DNA of 44,609 bases from NCBI GenBank assembly GCA_016839815.1, contig JAEOTM010000113.1, positions 1 to 44,609 of the forward strand, read 5' to 3'. Within the stretch, counting starts at the first letter, position 1; the number at the start of each line of letters is the position of its first letter. The translations under genes were made by a program, and so were the position numbers. This document shows, piece after piece, positions 8,753-18,953 of the stretch. The notes beneath the pieces are model-generated. The model was given only the letters and a program-made list of their open reading frames with translations, searched no databases and was not told where the DNA came from. This DNA comes from Candidatus Hodarchaeota archaeon (lineage in GTDB: Archaea; Asgardarchaeota; Heimdallarchaeia; Hodarchaeales; Hodarchaeaceae).

Positions 8753-9127
8753 TTAAAGTAATTCCTCTATTGGGCTACTGCCTCTTTCAGTGATTTTCAA
8801 ATTAATTTGAAATATATCTTCACTAATCAGAGAACCCCGAACACGTTTTCTTCTTCTCCGTCCTTTCCTTTTTGGTTTATATCCAACTCCACGATGGCCA
8901 ATAAGTATCCGCTTTGGCATAGCCCCATCTACACCAGGAGCCATTGGAAAACCTGAATGATCAGAACCACCAGTGATTTTAAATTTATATCCTTCAAAAC
9001 CAATAGTTGAACCCTCAAGCTCGTCACCAACCGACATTCCGATTAATGGACGAGTCATAGCGTCCTCATCTATTTCTTTCTTGTAGCTCTGTTTCTCATC
9101 CGCTAAATTTAATTGAAATCGAACCAT
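8753..9127 (-). CDS. rps6e: 30S ribosomal protein S6e
   Basis: KITGGSDHSGFPM, RRRKRVRG, QINLKI. Confidence 0.97.
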   Translation of the reverse strand: MVRFQLNLADEKQSYKKEIDEDAMTRPLIGMSVGDELEGSTIGFEGYKFKITGGSDHSGFPMAPGVDGAMPKRILIGHRGVGYKPKRKGRRRRKRVRGSLISEDIFQINLKITERGSSPIEELL

Positions 9128-9365
9128 GTTCTCATCTCTAACCTTTTTAAATTACTACAAATGTGTGAATTAATGGGCACGAGTAGTAATATCGTTAACA
9201 GGTCAATGGTGTCATTAGGTGTTCTTAAGATTCAGATTCTTATTTCTTGTTATGAAAGATTTTAAGTCTTTACCGAGGAGCTTTTCCTACTGGGTTAGTT
9301 TGCTTGAGAAGTATAAATGTTAAATCACACTTTCGGGCATGATTTGCTGATGATGTGAATGCTCA

Positions 9366-11168
9366 TTAGAAAGCCCAATACTTATTGACAGTTCGTCTTT
9401 TTATTTCTATTAAATCGTTCAAAGCATCCATTTCTGAACCAGAAAGAATTTTATCAGCTAATATCTTACGAGCATGATTTTCTGGAACATTGACCCAGAG
9501 CTCATCATCTTCTTTAACTTGCCTACCAGCTGTAGGTCCTTTAATTGCTACAGCCACTTGATTCCCTACTTCTGCTTTAGGTAAATTATCCCCACGATCT
9601 TGAATTTGTAATAGATGACCTATTACTTTATTATCACGATTGACTAGATCAACTTTGGGAGTTAAAATTCCAGAAAGAACTTCTACACCCACAATACAGG
9701 GTTTACATTGTCTGAAAATAAAAGGAAGTACCTTGATTTTACTGGGTCTTATGATATCTTTAAGAGCTTCTTCTTCAAGCTCTTGTTGAACTTTGTATTG
9801 ATATTCTTGGTATTCCTCGCTTAATTGATAGATAATATCACTTTGAAGAATAGGTATCCCCAGTCGATTACCTTCCTCCAGAGCATCTTCCAAGACAGTT
9901 GTTCTAAATGCAAGAATAATACCAAAGGTCCTATCTTTCTCTTTAGCTAGAGAAGCTTGATAAATATCCTTTTTTGTAACATCCCCAACAGCTGCAAAAC
10001 GTATTTGTATACTCGAGTCCCTTAAAAAGTTTACAAGCGCTTCTAATGAACCTAATGCATCAGCTTTGACAATGACTCCAGCATCATCTGTTTCCACTAA
10101 GATACTAGCTAATTCGTCCTCAATTCTTTGAATTGCTTCAACTTCAGTCTTTTCTGTGACTACATATAATGAAGAACCTGCGATTGCATCCTCAAGTTCA
10201 GGAGCTACGATTTTAACTCCTATTGCAGCTATAGCTTCATCAACATTTTCAAATTTGTTCCGTGGGTCTCGTATTTCATCTAGATCTTTTGGAAGTAGAA
10301 GTGCTCGAACTTTTGTGGATATCACACCATTTTTACCAGCAAGTACTACTTGCGAACTATTACGAATTATCCCATCAAATAGGATTACATCAAGAGTGGT
10401 ACCGAGGCCTACTTCTTTTTTGACTTCTAATACTACTCCTTTTCCACTATCGAGATGAAGAGCTAGCTGGGTTTTTAGATATTGTTCGGTTAAGGTAGCT
10501 AAAACAAGAAATAATTCAGGTATACCTTCTCCTGTAACTGCGGATGTTGGAATGATCGCTATTTTCTTTGCAAAGTTCTTAATCTTGTCATACCTTTCAG
10601 GTTCTAACTTAAAATGGCTTAACTCACTCATAATTTCGTAGATGACTGATTGAAGAGCATCCTGGGTGCTTTTCGATTGTTTTTTCAGTGATTGAGCCAA
10701 AGATAATTTTGGATAACTCCGCCAACCAGGTAATCTATCAATTTTATTAGCAGCAATCAGAAAAGGGACTTTATTCCGAACTAGAATCCGTAAAGATTCC
10801 ACTGTCTGAGGTTGGATTCCCCTACGAACGTCTATTACAAGGATTGAAAAATTAGCCGTACTTGCTCCTCTCGATCTCAAATTCATAAAGGCAGCGTGAC
10901 CTGGTGTATCAATAATAAGAATTCCAGGAATATTAAGACTCTTTTTGCCATCTTCCAATAGTTTACCACATAATGCAGTAACAGTATCAATTGGAAAAAA
11001 ACTTGCGCCAATATGCTGGGTTATCCCTCCAGTTTCTCGCGCCTGTACAGCTGTTCCCCTTACTTTATCAAGCAGACTCGTCTTCCCAGAATCAACATGC
11101 CCTAAAATTACCGTAATTGGACTCCTCATCACTTCTTCAGAGTTGTTTTCTTCTGCCAATATAGTCAC
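9366..11168 (-). CDS. infB: Translation initiation factor aIF5B (IF-2)
   Basis: RSPI..LGHVDSGKT, GGITQHIGA, IDTPGHAAF, NKID, KADALGSLEA. Confidence 0.97.
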   Translation of the reverse strand: MTILAEENNSEEVMRSPITVILGHVDSGKTSLLDKVRGTAVQARETGGITQHIGASFFPIDTVTALCGKLLEDGKKSLNIPGILIIDTPGHAAFMNLRSRGASTANFSILVIDVRRGIQPQTVESLRILVRNKVPFLIAANKIDRLPGWRSYPKLSLAQSLKKQSKSTQDALQSVIYEIMSELSHFKLEPERYDKIKNFAKKIAIIPTSAVTGEGIPELFLVLATLTEQYLKTQLALHLDSGKGVVLEVKKEVGLGTTLDVILFDGIIRNSSQVVLAGKNGVISTKVRALLLPKDLDEIRDPRNKFENVDEAIAAIGVKIVAPELEDAIAGSSLYVVTEKTEVEAIQRIEDELASILVETDDAGVIVKADALGSLEALVNFLRDSSIQIRFAAVGDVTKKDIYQASLAKEKDRTFGIILAFRTTVLEDALEEGNRLGIPILQSDIIYQLSEEYQEYQYKVQQELEEEALKDIIRPSKIKVLPFIFRQCKPCIVGVEVLSGILTPKVDLVNRDNKVIGHLLQIQDRGDNLPKAEVGNQVAVAIKGPTAGRQVKEDDELWVNVPENHARKILADKILSGSEMDALNDLIEIKRRTVNKYWAF

Positions 11169-11441
11169 TCCAGTGCTATTTTTTCCCTTAGAAATCTCTT
11201 ATTGACTTAATCAGAGGAAATGACTGATGATCAAGTTTGAACCTTAATTTAAATTAAGATTAGATTGATAAACTTCTGTCTTTCTCAATTTCGTTAATAA
11301 ATACTAAATCGAGAAGCTTACAGGTCATGAAACAAAAAATGCTTACACATTGAATTACTTACCGTTGATAGAAAGCTAAAATTTATGACCGAATATGTAG
11401 AGACTCGATTCAAGTAAAAACAACACGGAGAATGTAAATCT

Positions 11442-11852
11442 TTGCGTAGGGACCATACACATTACTTTATTTACCCAGAATATTTTGATAAATCTCTTAA
11501 ACGTAGCGAAGGTCGAAGATTACCCATTAACGCTTCACTAGAGAATCCATCTCTATTAGAAATTAGATTAGCAGCAGAAAAATTAGGCCTTGATTATGAA
11601 ATTCGTGAATCTGGAAGTTATCCGCGCCAATGGTGGAACCCAAAAGGTTTGATTCTCATAGAAAAAAAAGAATCAAAATTAAAGACAATTCGACAATTAG
11701 GTTATGAAATCGATAAAACTATTAAACCTGCTCTTGAGAAAAAGAGAAAAGAGGTTAAGGAAGCAAAGAAAAAGAAGGGTACTAAAATAAAATATAAATC
11801 TGTTAAAAAAACAGCAAGTCAATCTGAATTTCGTCCAAAAAGACGTAGATAG
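11442..11852 (+). CDS. srp19: Signal recognition particle 19 kDa protein with basic C-tail
   Basis: IYPEYFD..LKRSEGRRLP, NPSL.EI, YPRQWW..G. Confidence 0.95.
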   Translation: MRRDHTHYFIYPEYFDKSLKRSEGRRLPINASLENPSLLEIRLAAEKLGLDYEIRESGSYPRQWWNPKGLILIEKKESKLKTIRQLGYEIDKTIKPALEKKRKEVKEAKKKKGTKIKYKSVKKTASQSEFRPKRRR

Positions 11853-11979
11853 CGGTATTAGAACGAATTGTGTGTTGTTACAAAGTGATTTAGGGGATGA
11901 AGCTCTAACCGAGTCTATTCTTCATCTAAGAAATATTCAAGGGTTAATCAATGATCAGATTTTGCCGGGGGAGGAATGA

Positions 11980-12621
11980 ATGAGAAAAAAACGGGATGTT
12001 TATACGAAACGTGCAAAACAGGAAGGTCATCGAAGTCGTGCGTACTATAAACTTCAACAGATAGATAAGAAATACAAAATTTTTGATTCTAAGCAAATTG
12101 TTATTGATCTTTGTGGAGCTCCTGGTGGATTTTCACAAGTGGCTCGAGACAGCACAAATGGAAAAGCTTCTATAATCCTTGTAGATCTTGCTAGAATCAA
12201 AACTATATATGGAGTCAAAACTATAATAAAAGGGGATATATCTCATCAATCCACCGTATTCCAAATACAAGAAACCGTGGAAAAATATCACTCCCCCAGT
12301 CAGAAAATTGTAGTTCTCGCGGATTGTTCACCGAATGTTTCAGGGAACTGGCCAACTGATCATGCAATCCAAATATGGTTATCTGAAGTTGCTCTTGGAA
12401 TCTCTAACTATTTTTTAGCCAATAAATTTGTCACCAAGGTGTTTCAAGGAGAACTATCTTCACAATTCATTGGAAAAATTAAACATTTTTATGAGGAAGT
12501 AAAGATCTACAAACCTCCTACCTCTAGGAAAGCGAGTGCAGAAGTCTATATTATTGCACAGAAGAGGAGCAATCTAAAATTGGAATTATATGATATAAAT
12601 TCGCTCCTCGCTGATGAATGA
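11980..12621 (+). CDS. rlmE: 23S rRNA Um2552 methyltransferase RlmE/FtsJ
   Basis: RSRAYYKL, DLCGAPGGF, ADCSP, TKVFQG, SAEVY (K-D-K-E tetrad). Confidence 0.93.
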   Translation: MRKKRDVYTKRAKQEGHRSRAYYKLQQIDKKYKIFDSKQIVIDLCGAPGGFSQVARDSTNGKASIILVDLARIKTIYGVKTIIKGDISHQSTVFQIQETVEKYHSPSQKIVVLADCSPNVSGNWPTDHAIQIWLSEVALGISNYFLANKFVTKVFQGELSSQFIGKIKHFYEEVKIYKPPTSRKASAEVYIIAQKRSNLKLELYDINSLLADE

Positions 12622-13817
12622 TATCTAATGTGATGCCAATGGATTTCACCACAACAATTGAAGGAGGGAGGGAGTATTTTATTCCTTCCCCTGTCATCAA
12701 TTCATCAGTTCCTAGGAAAGTAGATGAAGTGTTCTTTAATCCCTACCAGAAAGTTAACCGCGATCTTTCTGTGCTGGTTATAAGAGCTTTTTCTAATATA
12801 AATCGTAATGTGGATCTAAAGATTTGTGAACCATTCGGAGGAGTCGGTGTAAGAACATGTCGTTACGCTACTGAAGTTCCTTCCAGTAGGATTTATTATA
12901 ATGACGTAAATTCTAAAGCTGTCAAGATCACTAAGCGTAATATTTCTTCATTACCAGTGCAAATACAAGAAAAGATTAAGATTCAAAACAAAGAGTTCAC
13001 AGATTTCTTGAATTCACTATATCTAGAGCATCCAATTATGGATTTTGTGGATATTGATCCTTATGGTACTCCTATTCCCTATGTTCATAGATCTCTCAAA
13101 TTCGTCGCATTAAAGGGTCTACTAGCATTTACCGCCACTGATTTAGCAAGCTTATCTGGATTGTACCCACGAGCTATGTATGCAAAATACGGAATCGGAG
13201 TTTTTGAGAAACGGATCGGAAATATTCACGAACTTGCAGCTAGAATTTTAATTACAGGAATTCAACGAATAGGATTAATTCAGAACCAATCATTAATCCC
13301 AGTTTTTACATTCTATTATAGACATTTCATCCGGACATTTCTGATAAGAGTTCGTGGAGTGGATAAGGTTCTCGATCAAACAGGTTTTCTTCAAAGATGT
13401 CAGACGTGTAACACTATATCTCAGAGTTCGGTGAAATCAAAAGATAGGGGATGTTCCTCGTGTGGAAATAATCAACTCTGGAGAATAGGCCCCTTATACC
13501 TAGGAAAACTCCACGACGATTCATATCTGACTTCACTTATAGCAGATCCTCATATCAATGTTATCAATGGATCTAAAAGAATTTCAAGAATAATTAATCT
13601 AATAAACGAAGAAAATAAACCAAATATTCCTTGGTCTTATGATTTACAATCTGTAGCAAAAATTGTTAGCAGACCTATTCCCCCTATGGAGTCCATAATA
13701 GAAAAACTTAGTGATGCAGGCTATAAATGTTATAAGACTCATTATTCAGGAACTTCTCTAAAAACAAATGCAGGATTTAATGACCTTTCAGCAATTCTTA
13801 TGGGGGCAAATGAATAA
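12618..13817 (+). CDS. trm1: tRNA (guanine26-N2)-dimethyltransferase
   Basis: VFFNP..NRDLS, GVGVR, YNDVN, DIDPYG, TATD, CxxC/CxxC, GPLYLG. Confidence 0.95.
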   Translation: MISNVMPMDFTTTIEGGREYFIPSPVINSSVPRKVDEVFFNPYQKVNRDLSVLVIRAFSNINRNVDLKICEPFGGVGVRTCRYATEVPSSRIYYNDVNSKAVKITKRNISSLPVQIQEKIKIQNKEFTDFLNSLYLEHPIMDFVDIDPYGTPIPYVHRSLKFVALKGLLAFTATDLASLSGLYPRAMYAKYGIGVFEKRIGNIHELAARILITGIQRIGLIQNQSLIPVFTFYYRHFIRTFLIRVRGVDKVLDQTGFLQRCQTCNTISQSSVKSKDRGCSSCGNNQLWRIGPLYLGKLHDDSYLTSLIADPHINVINGSKRISRIINLINEENKPNIPWSYDLQSVAKIVSRPIPPMESIIEKLSDAGYKCYKTHYSGTSLKTNAGFNDLSAILMGANE

Positions 13818-13919
13818 TTCTTCTGAAAAAAGATTTATCCTGAAACCAAAAATCTCCATTCGGAAAAAGACTCATGTATAATTCATTTACAGGGTTGAAA
13901 TTGTATTCTTGAATCCATC

Positions 13920-14032
13920 AGGGACGTAGTCTAGCATGGTTTTAATTGTTTTCTGGAATAATACAGAATCAATGACTAGATGATTCTTGGTTTGGGACCA
14001 AGAGGTCGCGGGTTCGAATCCCGTCGTCCCTA
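13920..14032 (+). tRNA. tRNA-Pro(TGG) with about 36-nt D-loop intron (approx. 13944-13979)
   Basis: Acceptor AGGGACG/CGTCCCT; anticodon arm CTTGG-TTTGGGA-CCAAG; T-arm GCGGG-TTCGAAT-CCCGT; hairpin insert with relaxed BHB in the D-loop. Confidence 0.92.
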
Positions 14033-14104
14033 CTTTTCTTATCTTTCTTGAGTATTTTTTTATCAAATTGGAGACCCTAACGGATCTTAGCATGGTTTGA
14101 CACA

Positions 14105-14974
14105 ATGAAAGCTTCAATGAAAGGAAAAATTTGCCTGATTACAGGTGCAAATCGCGGTATAGGAAAAATAACTGCTTTTGAATTAGCAAAATTAGAAGCT
14201 CATGTTATTATGGTCTGTCGGGATCTTGAAAAGGGTACAAAGGCACAAAAAGAGATTATGGAACAATCTGGCAATCCTGATATTGATCTTTATATTGTAG
14301 ATTTAGCTTCTCAGTCATCAATTAGGAAATTTGCCAGTAATTTTAGTAATAAGTATAAGGAATTACACGTATTAATTAATAATGCAGGTACGATTACAAA
14401 AAAATGGACACTTACAGAAGATGGTATTGAAAAAACATTTGCTGTCAATCATCTCGGCCCCTTTCTTTTAACTAACCTTCTTCTTGATTTATTGATTGCA
14501 GGATCACCTTCAAGAATTATTACAGTCAGTTCTGGTATGCATCATAAGGAAGCCATAAACTTTGATGATCTCCATTCCAGAGATAAATATGGAAACCTGA
14601 AGATGTATTCAATCTCAAAACTAGCCAATATTCAGTTCACTTATCATCTAAATCAACAATTGAAGAATTCAGGAAAAAAGAACGTTACGGTTAATGTTGT
14701 TCATCCAGGTTTCACACGAACTAAATTTGGGAGAAAAGGTCTTTCATTACTTCAGAACATTGGATTACGGCTCATTCACCCAATCATGGCAATCTCTCCT
14801 GAAAAAGGAGCAGAAACAACAATTTATTTGGCAAGTTCTCCTGAAGTACGAGAGATTAGTGGAGAATATTTTGTAAAAAAGAAAATCGCTCAATCCTCTC
14901 CAATTTCTTACAATCGTAAGGAACAAGAACGTTTATGGACTATCAGTGAACAGATGACTGGATTCACCTCTTAA
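14105..14974 (+). CDS. Short-chain dehydrogenase/reductase (retinol dehydrogenase/WWOX-like)
   Basis: TGANRGIG, NNAG, VNHLGPFLL, YSISK, HPG. Confidence 0.95.
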   Translation: MKASMKGKICLITGANRGIGKITAFELAKLEAHVIMVCRDLEKGTKAQKEIMEQSGNPDIDLYIVDLASQSSIRKFASNFSNKYKELHVLINNAGTITKKWTLTEDGIEKTFAVNHLGPFLLTNLLLDLLIAGSPSRIITVSSGMHHKEAINFDDLHSRDKYGNLKMYSISKLANIQFTYHLNQQLKNSGKKNVTVNVVHPGFTRTKFGRKGLSLLQNIGLRLIHPIMAISPEKGAETTIYLASSPEVREISGEYFVKKKIAQSSPISYNRKEQERLWTISEQMTGFTS

Positions 14975-14989
14975 GACTCATCTAACAGT

Positions 14990-17125
14990 CTATTCCTGTA
15001 ATTCAGCCAGTAGTTCTTCACTAAGATTTTTGGGAGATGGAAATCGTATACGATTTACATACAGCTCCTGTCGTTGAACAGTTTCTTCTTGAACTTCTTG
15101 TGTTCGTAATTGAACCCGACCTTTAACTTGAACTGTCTTTCCTTCGGATTCTTGCTGCATCTCTTCAAATATCTGATCATCAGTCTTTCCTTCTTCCAGC
15201 ATTCGCTTAATATTTGTACTTTTAAATCCGGTTAATATTTCACCTGAAATTCCAAAAAAAGTTACTTTGATAGTCCCTGTACCATCATCTAATAATCCAC
15301 TCAACCTTACTCTAATGCTTGGATCTACATTTCCATGTTCACGACAGTTCCATTCTTGACCATCTTCATTTTGATCAACTTTTTTCTTACAAATCGAACA
15401 GCCCCAATAATATGGAGTTTGTTGGAACAGTCTGATAACTTTTCCAACAACTTCAATGGTATCTCCATCCGCCTCATTTGATAATTCTGCAAGATGAGTT
15501 TTGATATAATCAATAGAAGGTTGATCCGATTCAGGAGTTCGTTGTTTCTTTTGGATTTTCTGTAGTTTAGGGGGAATACTGCTTTCTGTCTGAATCTCAC
15601 TCTGGAAATTAAGATGTATTTCTTTACGTCCGTCCTGGTTTACTCGAATTCCACCGTATAAAACTTTGAGATACTGAATATTTTCGGAATCTAAACCGTC
15701 AAGTTTCGTGACGTTTTCATTCCAAGCAACAATCCGTGTGGAATCTGAATTGTCTTCTAGTTCAAGAGATTGAACCTTACCTGGACTACCATCTGATCGG
15801 TTAAATTCTCTAACTTCAGAAAGATATTGTACAATACCGTGTACACAAGCAATCCCTTTTTCAGGTTTAAGTTCTACAATCTCAGTCATGGGAGGATCTG
15901 ATCCGATTTCTTCTTCCAAAGCCTCAGAAAATGTTGTATTTGTGGTAGTATGAAGTTCAATAGTATTAAATTTTGAAAGTGAAACACGCAGATTTTTAAT
16001 TTGAATAGGTTGATCTTTAAAGGCTTCAAAATCGGAACTTGTCTCATTCCAGAGGACTAGAGATACAACTCCAGTGTTATCAAATACAATTCCACGACAT
16101 ACGCTTCCTGTTGACCCATCTTTCCGAGCGAATTCACGAATTTTACCAGTAGGTCCTTTTTTCACAGAAATGGAAACAAATTCATCTTGTGAGTTAATTG
16201 TATCGATTGTTTTGATGGGAGTGGTTTGTTGAGTTCCTTCTACCACTGATGACTCCTCTAAGGGTGGTAAGGTAGTGTGACCAATCTTGGTTATATAGGT
16301 TGAACGGGTAGAATGGAGTTCTGGATTACCATCACGATCAAGCTTAACATTCACACCCTGTATCAAAAGTTGGTCACCACGAGTAAAGTTAAACGCTTCC
16401 TCTGCTCTTTGATCCCAAAAAACAATTCTTCTACTTACCCTTTTTCCTTTTATGAAAATATTAGCTACACGTCCTTCTGTCCCATCCGCTCTATTGAATG
16501 TAACAAGCCGTCCAAGTTTTGTTACAGTTCCTTCAGTATCAATATCCTGAGTTTCTTCGTCTAATACGTCAAGATCCATCAACTCATTATTTGGATCTGG
16601 GTACTGTTCTTTATTGGCATCCACTAGAATATTGACAAATCCTCTGTCACCTAGATGAAGTTCTAAATCTCCAGTCCGTCCCAATTTAGTATAACCCTGT
16701 TTAAAATTTACAATTGATCCACGTTGAATCTGATTCTCTGAGACCTGTCGAGCTTTACTGCCCCAGAGAATTGTCCTAATACTGTCAGACCCATCGTGTA
16801 AGAGGATTGGAGCTAACAAGCTCTTTCCACCTTCACGAGTAAATTCTATTGGATTATAAACTCGTAAAATTATACCTGTTATATTTACTCCTGATAATCC
16901 AGGTTCCATCTGTTTTAAACTCTTAATTGTCAATTCAGGTCGTTTTTTAGAATCTGGTCTACCTATTGGAACATTATAATCTTTTGCGATGATATGAGCT
17001 GCAGCGTTATCATTGATTAGAAATTCAAGTTCTTCCTTCTTTTTATCAATTTTTTGTTTAATCTCGGCCCGTGAGAGCCCTGTGTGTTTAGAAATCTTCT
17101 GAATCAAATCTTCGATGTTGGTCAC
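14990..17125 (-). CDS. rpa: Replication protein A large subunit (multiple OB folds and Zn finger)
   Basis: Repeated F.R.DG..G.V....L.D.TG....V.W OB motifs; CSICKK...CREHG; DDGTG. Confidence 0.92.
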   Translation of the reverse strand: MTNIEDLIQKISKHTGLSRAEIKQKIDKKKEELEFLINDNAAAHIIAKDYNVPIGRPDSKKRPELTIKSLKQMEPGLSGVNITGIILRVYNPIEFTREGGKSLLAPILLHDGSDSIRTILWGSKARQVSENQIQRGSIVNFKQGYTKLGRTGDLELHLGDRGFVNILVDANKEQYPDPNNELMDLDVLDEETQDIDTEGTVTKLGRLVTFNRADGTEGRVANIFIKGKRVSRRIVFWDQRAEEAFNFTRGDQLLIQGVNVKLDRDGNPELHSTRSTYITKIGHTTLPPLEESSVVEGTQQTTPIKTIDTINSQDEFVSISVKKGPTGKIREFARKDGSTGSVCRGIVFDNTGVVSLVLWNETSSDFEAFKDQPIQIKNLRVSLSKFNTIELHTTTNTTFSEALEEEIGSDPPMTEIVELKPEKGIACVHGIVQYLSEVREFNRSDGSPGKVQSLELEDNSDSTRIVAWNENVTKLDGLDSENIQYLKVLYGGIRVNQDGRKEIHLNFQSEIQTESSIPPKLQKIQKKQRTPESDQPSIDYIKTHLAELSNEADGDTIEVVGKVIRLFQQTPYYWGCSICKKKVDQNEDGQEWNCREHGNVDPSIRVRLSGLLDDGTGTIKVTFFGISGEILTGFKSTNIKRMLEEGKTDDQIFEEMQQESEGKTVQVKGRVQLRTQEVQEETVQRQELYVNRIRFPSPKNLSEELLAELQE

Positions 17126-17376
17126 AGTATTTCAATCCATTTATTTTCTGAATGATTACTCTTAGACGTTATATTACTAGTTTGTGTAATCCTTAAACTA
17201 ATACCGAGGGGGAATAGTGTGATTAATTTGTTATGTGAAAAAGTGATTTTTTCAATTATTATCATCATAATATATTCTAGATGTTGTTTAAATATTCATA
17301 ATAATTAGTTAATTTTCTAGTACTGGCTTAAAACTACCAAAATATGACCTCAATGGTTTTAACCAAAGAACATTAG

Positions 17377-17967
17377 TTACCAATTCTGATATTTAACCCC
17401 AAATTCTTTTACAATTATACTTCTAATCGTATTACGGAATTCACGACATCCATCCTTGGTTTTAAATGAAGTAGGCATGATTTCAATTTTTGGAATGTTA
17501 TACGTTGAGAGAATATCTACGTTACGGTTAAATAAGGGGGCACGCACTTTATCTATCTTGTTCATTAGCACTATTGGAGGTTTAGTAGTCGTTTCTCCTA
17601 AGAATTGTATCATTTCAATATCAATGGGTATGATTCCTTTCCTTTCTAACCTTTCAGTCACAACATGAAAAGTTGAAGAGTCAATAATATGGATACCAAA
17701 GATGATTGAGCTATTTGGATCTTCAAGAAATTGAACAATTTGATCTTTAATTTTCTCTTCAAGAGATTTCGACCTTTTCGTGATTCTCCCAAATCCAGGT
17801 AAATCTACTAAGAAAATATCATGAATTAACTGCACAGGGGCGATTCGTAGTGTTGTTCCAGCTTTTTTTCCAACTGGGCGTCTAGAAGGAGTTAGATAAT
17901 TAATTACCGTCGTTTTACCTGCATTAGGTCTTCCAGTCACTGGAATATTGTATCTAGCTTTCATCAT
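17377..17967 (-). CDS. engB: EngB/YihA-family GTP-binding protein
   Basis: GRPNAGKT, GTT, DLPGFG, IPIDIEM, NKID. Confidence 0.9.
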   Translation of the reverse strand: MMKARYNIPVTGRPNAGKTTVINYLTPSRRPVGKKAGTTLRIAPVQLIHDIFLVDLPGFGRITKRSKSLEEKIKDQIVQFLEDPNSSIIFGIHIIDSSTFHVVTERLERKGIIPIDIEMIQFLGETTTKPPIVLMNKIDKVRAPLFNRNVDILSTYNIPKIEIMPTSFKTKDGCREFRNTIRSIIVKEFGVKYQNW

Positions 17968-18623
17968 CAGAACTTTAACAATACTGTAAATAGGATACCA
18001 GATATAATGGGAACTGTTAAATTATCATTTAATTTATCGCCAGTAGTTAACTCAATAATGGCTGATATTAGGCAAATTAGGAGATTTATGAGTAAAAAGT
18101 AGTATCCATTCAATTTTTGTGGATCCTTAATTGAAAAAATTTCAAGAAACGGCGAAAATTCAGGATTTACACCAACCAAAACGAAAAGGAAGGAACTACT
18201 AATGAAAGCTGCAATCAAAAATGCTGTAAAGCCTTCTAAACTCTTATTCTGAAAACGCTCATATCTATGCCTTCCAAATCTTGAGCCAATGACATTTGCA
18301 AATCCATCTCCAAATGCCATTATACAAAATACTGATGCTGCAATTCGTAGATCGAGAAATGTCACTGAAATCATCACCATCAGGATATACAAAAGGGGGC
18401 CATATAAATAGCCAGTTTTTACATCTCTTTCGCGCGATGCCATTGCTTCAAAACCCTTTTTCCACCTAGTAGGACGAGCAATAACTATAATAAAAAATAG
18501 GGCAATTAACGTAATTAAAATTAATATTAAACGAGGTAAAACAGCAATGAGAGGGGTTAAGAATCCAAATCCAATGTGAATAGTTTTTCTCTTAGTTTCT
18601 TGATCCAACAAGTTCACTTCCAA
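17967..18623 (-). CDS. Dolichol/phytol kinase-like (CTP-dependent polyprenol kinase family)
   Basis: RKTIH, FGDGFANVIG..FG, KSLEG, DNLTVP. Confidence 0.9.
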   Translation of the reverse strand: MEVNLLDQETKRKTIHIGFGFLTPLIAVLPRLILILITLIALFFIIVIARPTRWKKGFEAMASRERDVKTGYLYGPLLYILMVMISVTFLDLRIAASVFCIMAFGDGFANVIGSRFGRHRYERFQNKSLEGFTAFLIAAFISSSFLFVLVGVNPEFSPFLEIFSIKDPQKLNGYYFLLINLLICLISAIIELTTGDKLNDNLTVPIISGILFTVLLKF

Positions 18624-18657
18624 CTTTTCGAATCAAAGATTTTTCTTCCCCTTAGAG

Positions 18658-18948
18658 CTATTCAGTTATATTTGATCCTTCTGTTGATATAGGAGGCTCC
18701 TGATCTTGTTCAGATTCCTCAACCAAAGCATCTAACCAATCACCAAAGACATCAACTCTTTCTTCAATGGGACGAACTGGTTTAGTTGTTTGAATTTTAC
18801 ACTTTCCGCAAAAAATAACTGCAGTACGAATTTTTCGGTTAATATCAATATTAATCGAATTCGTTGTACCACAGATTGGACAGTCAAATACTGTAGGTAA
18901 TGTTGGGATTGGTTTTGTCCTTACTATTCGTTTTCTTTTACGTCCCAT
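18658..18948 (-). CDS. elf1: Transcription elongation factor Elf1
   Basis: MGRKRK..LPTVFDCPIC..CGKC..VDVFGDWLD. Confidence 0.93.
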   Translation of the reverse strand: MGRKRKRIVRTKPIPTLPTVFDCPICGTTNSINIDINRKIRTAVIFCGKCKIQTTKPVRPIEERVDVFGDWLDALVEESEQDQEPPISTEGSNITE

Positions 18949-18953
18949 ATTAT

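Noticed and set aside
11243-11258. 16-bp palindrome CTTAATTTAAATTAAG between divergent infB and srp19
   Set aside because: Almost all A/T; plausible by chance or as overlapping TATA elements.
14088-14098. TAGCATGGTTT repeating part of the tRNA-Pro D-arm (possible att site)
   Set aside because: Only 11 nt, not the tRNA 3' end, and no integrase nearby.
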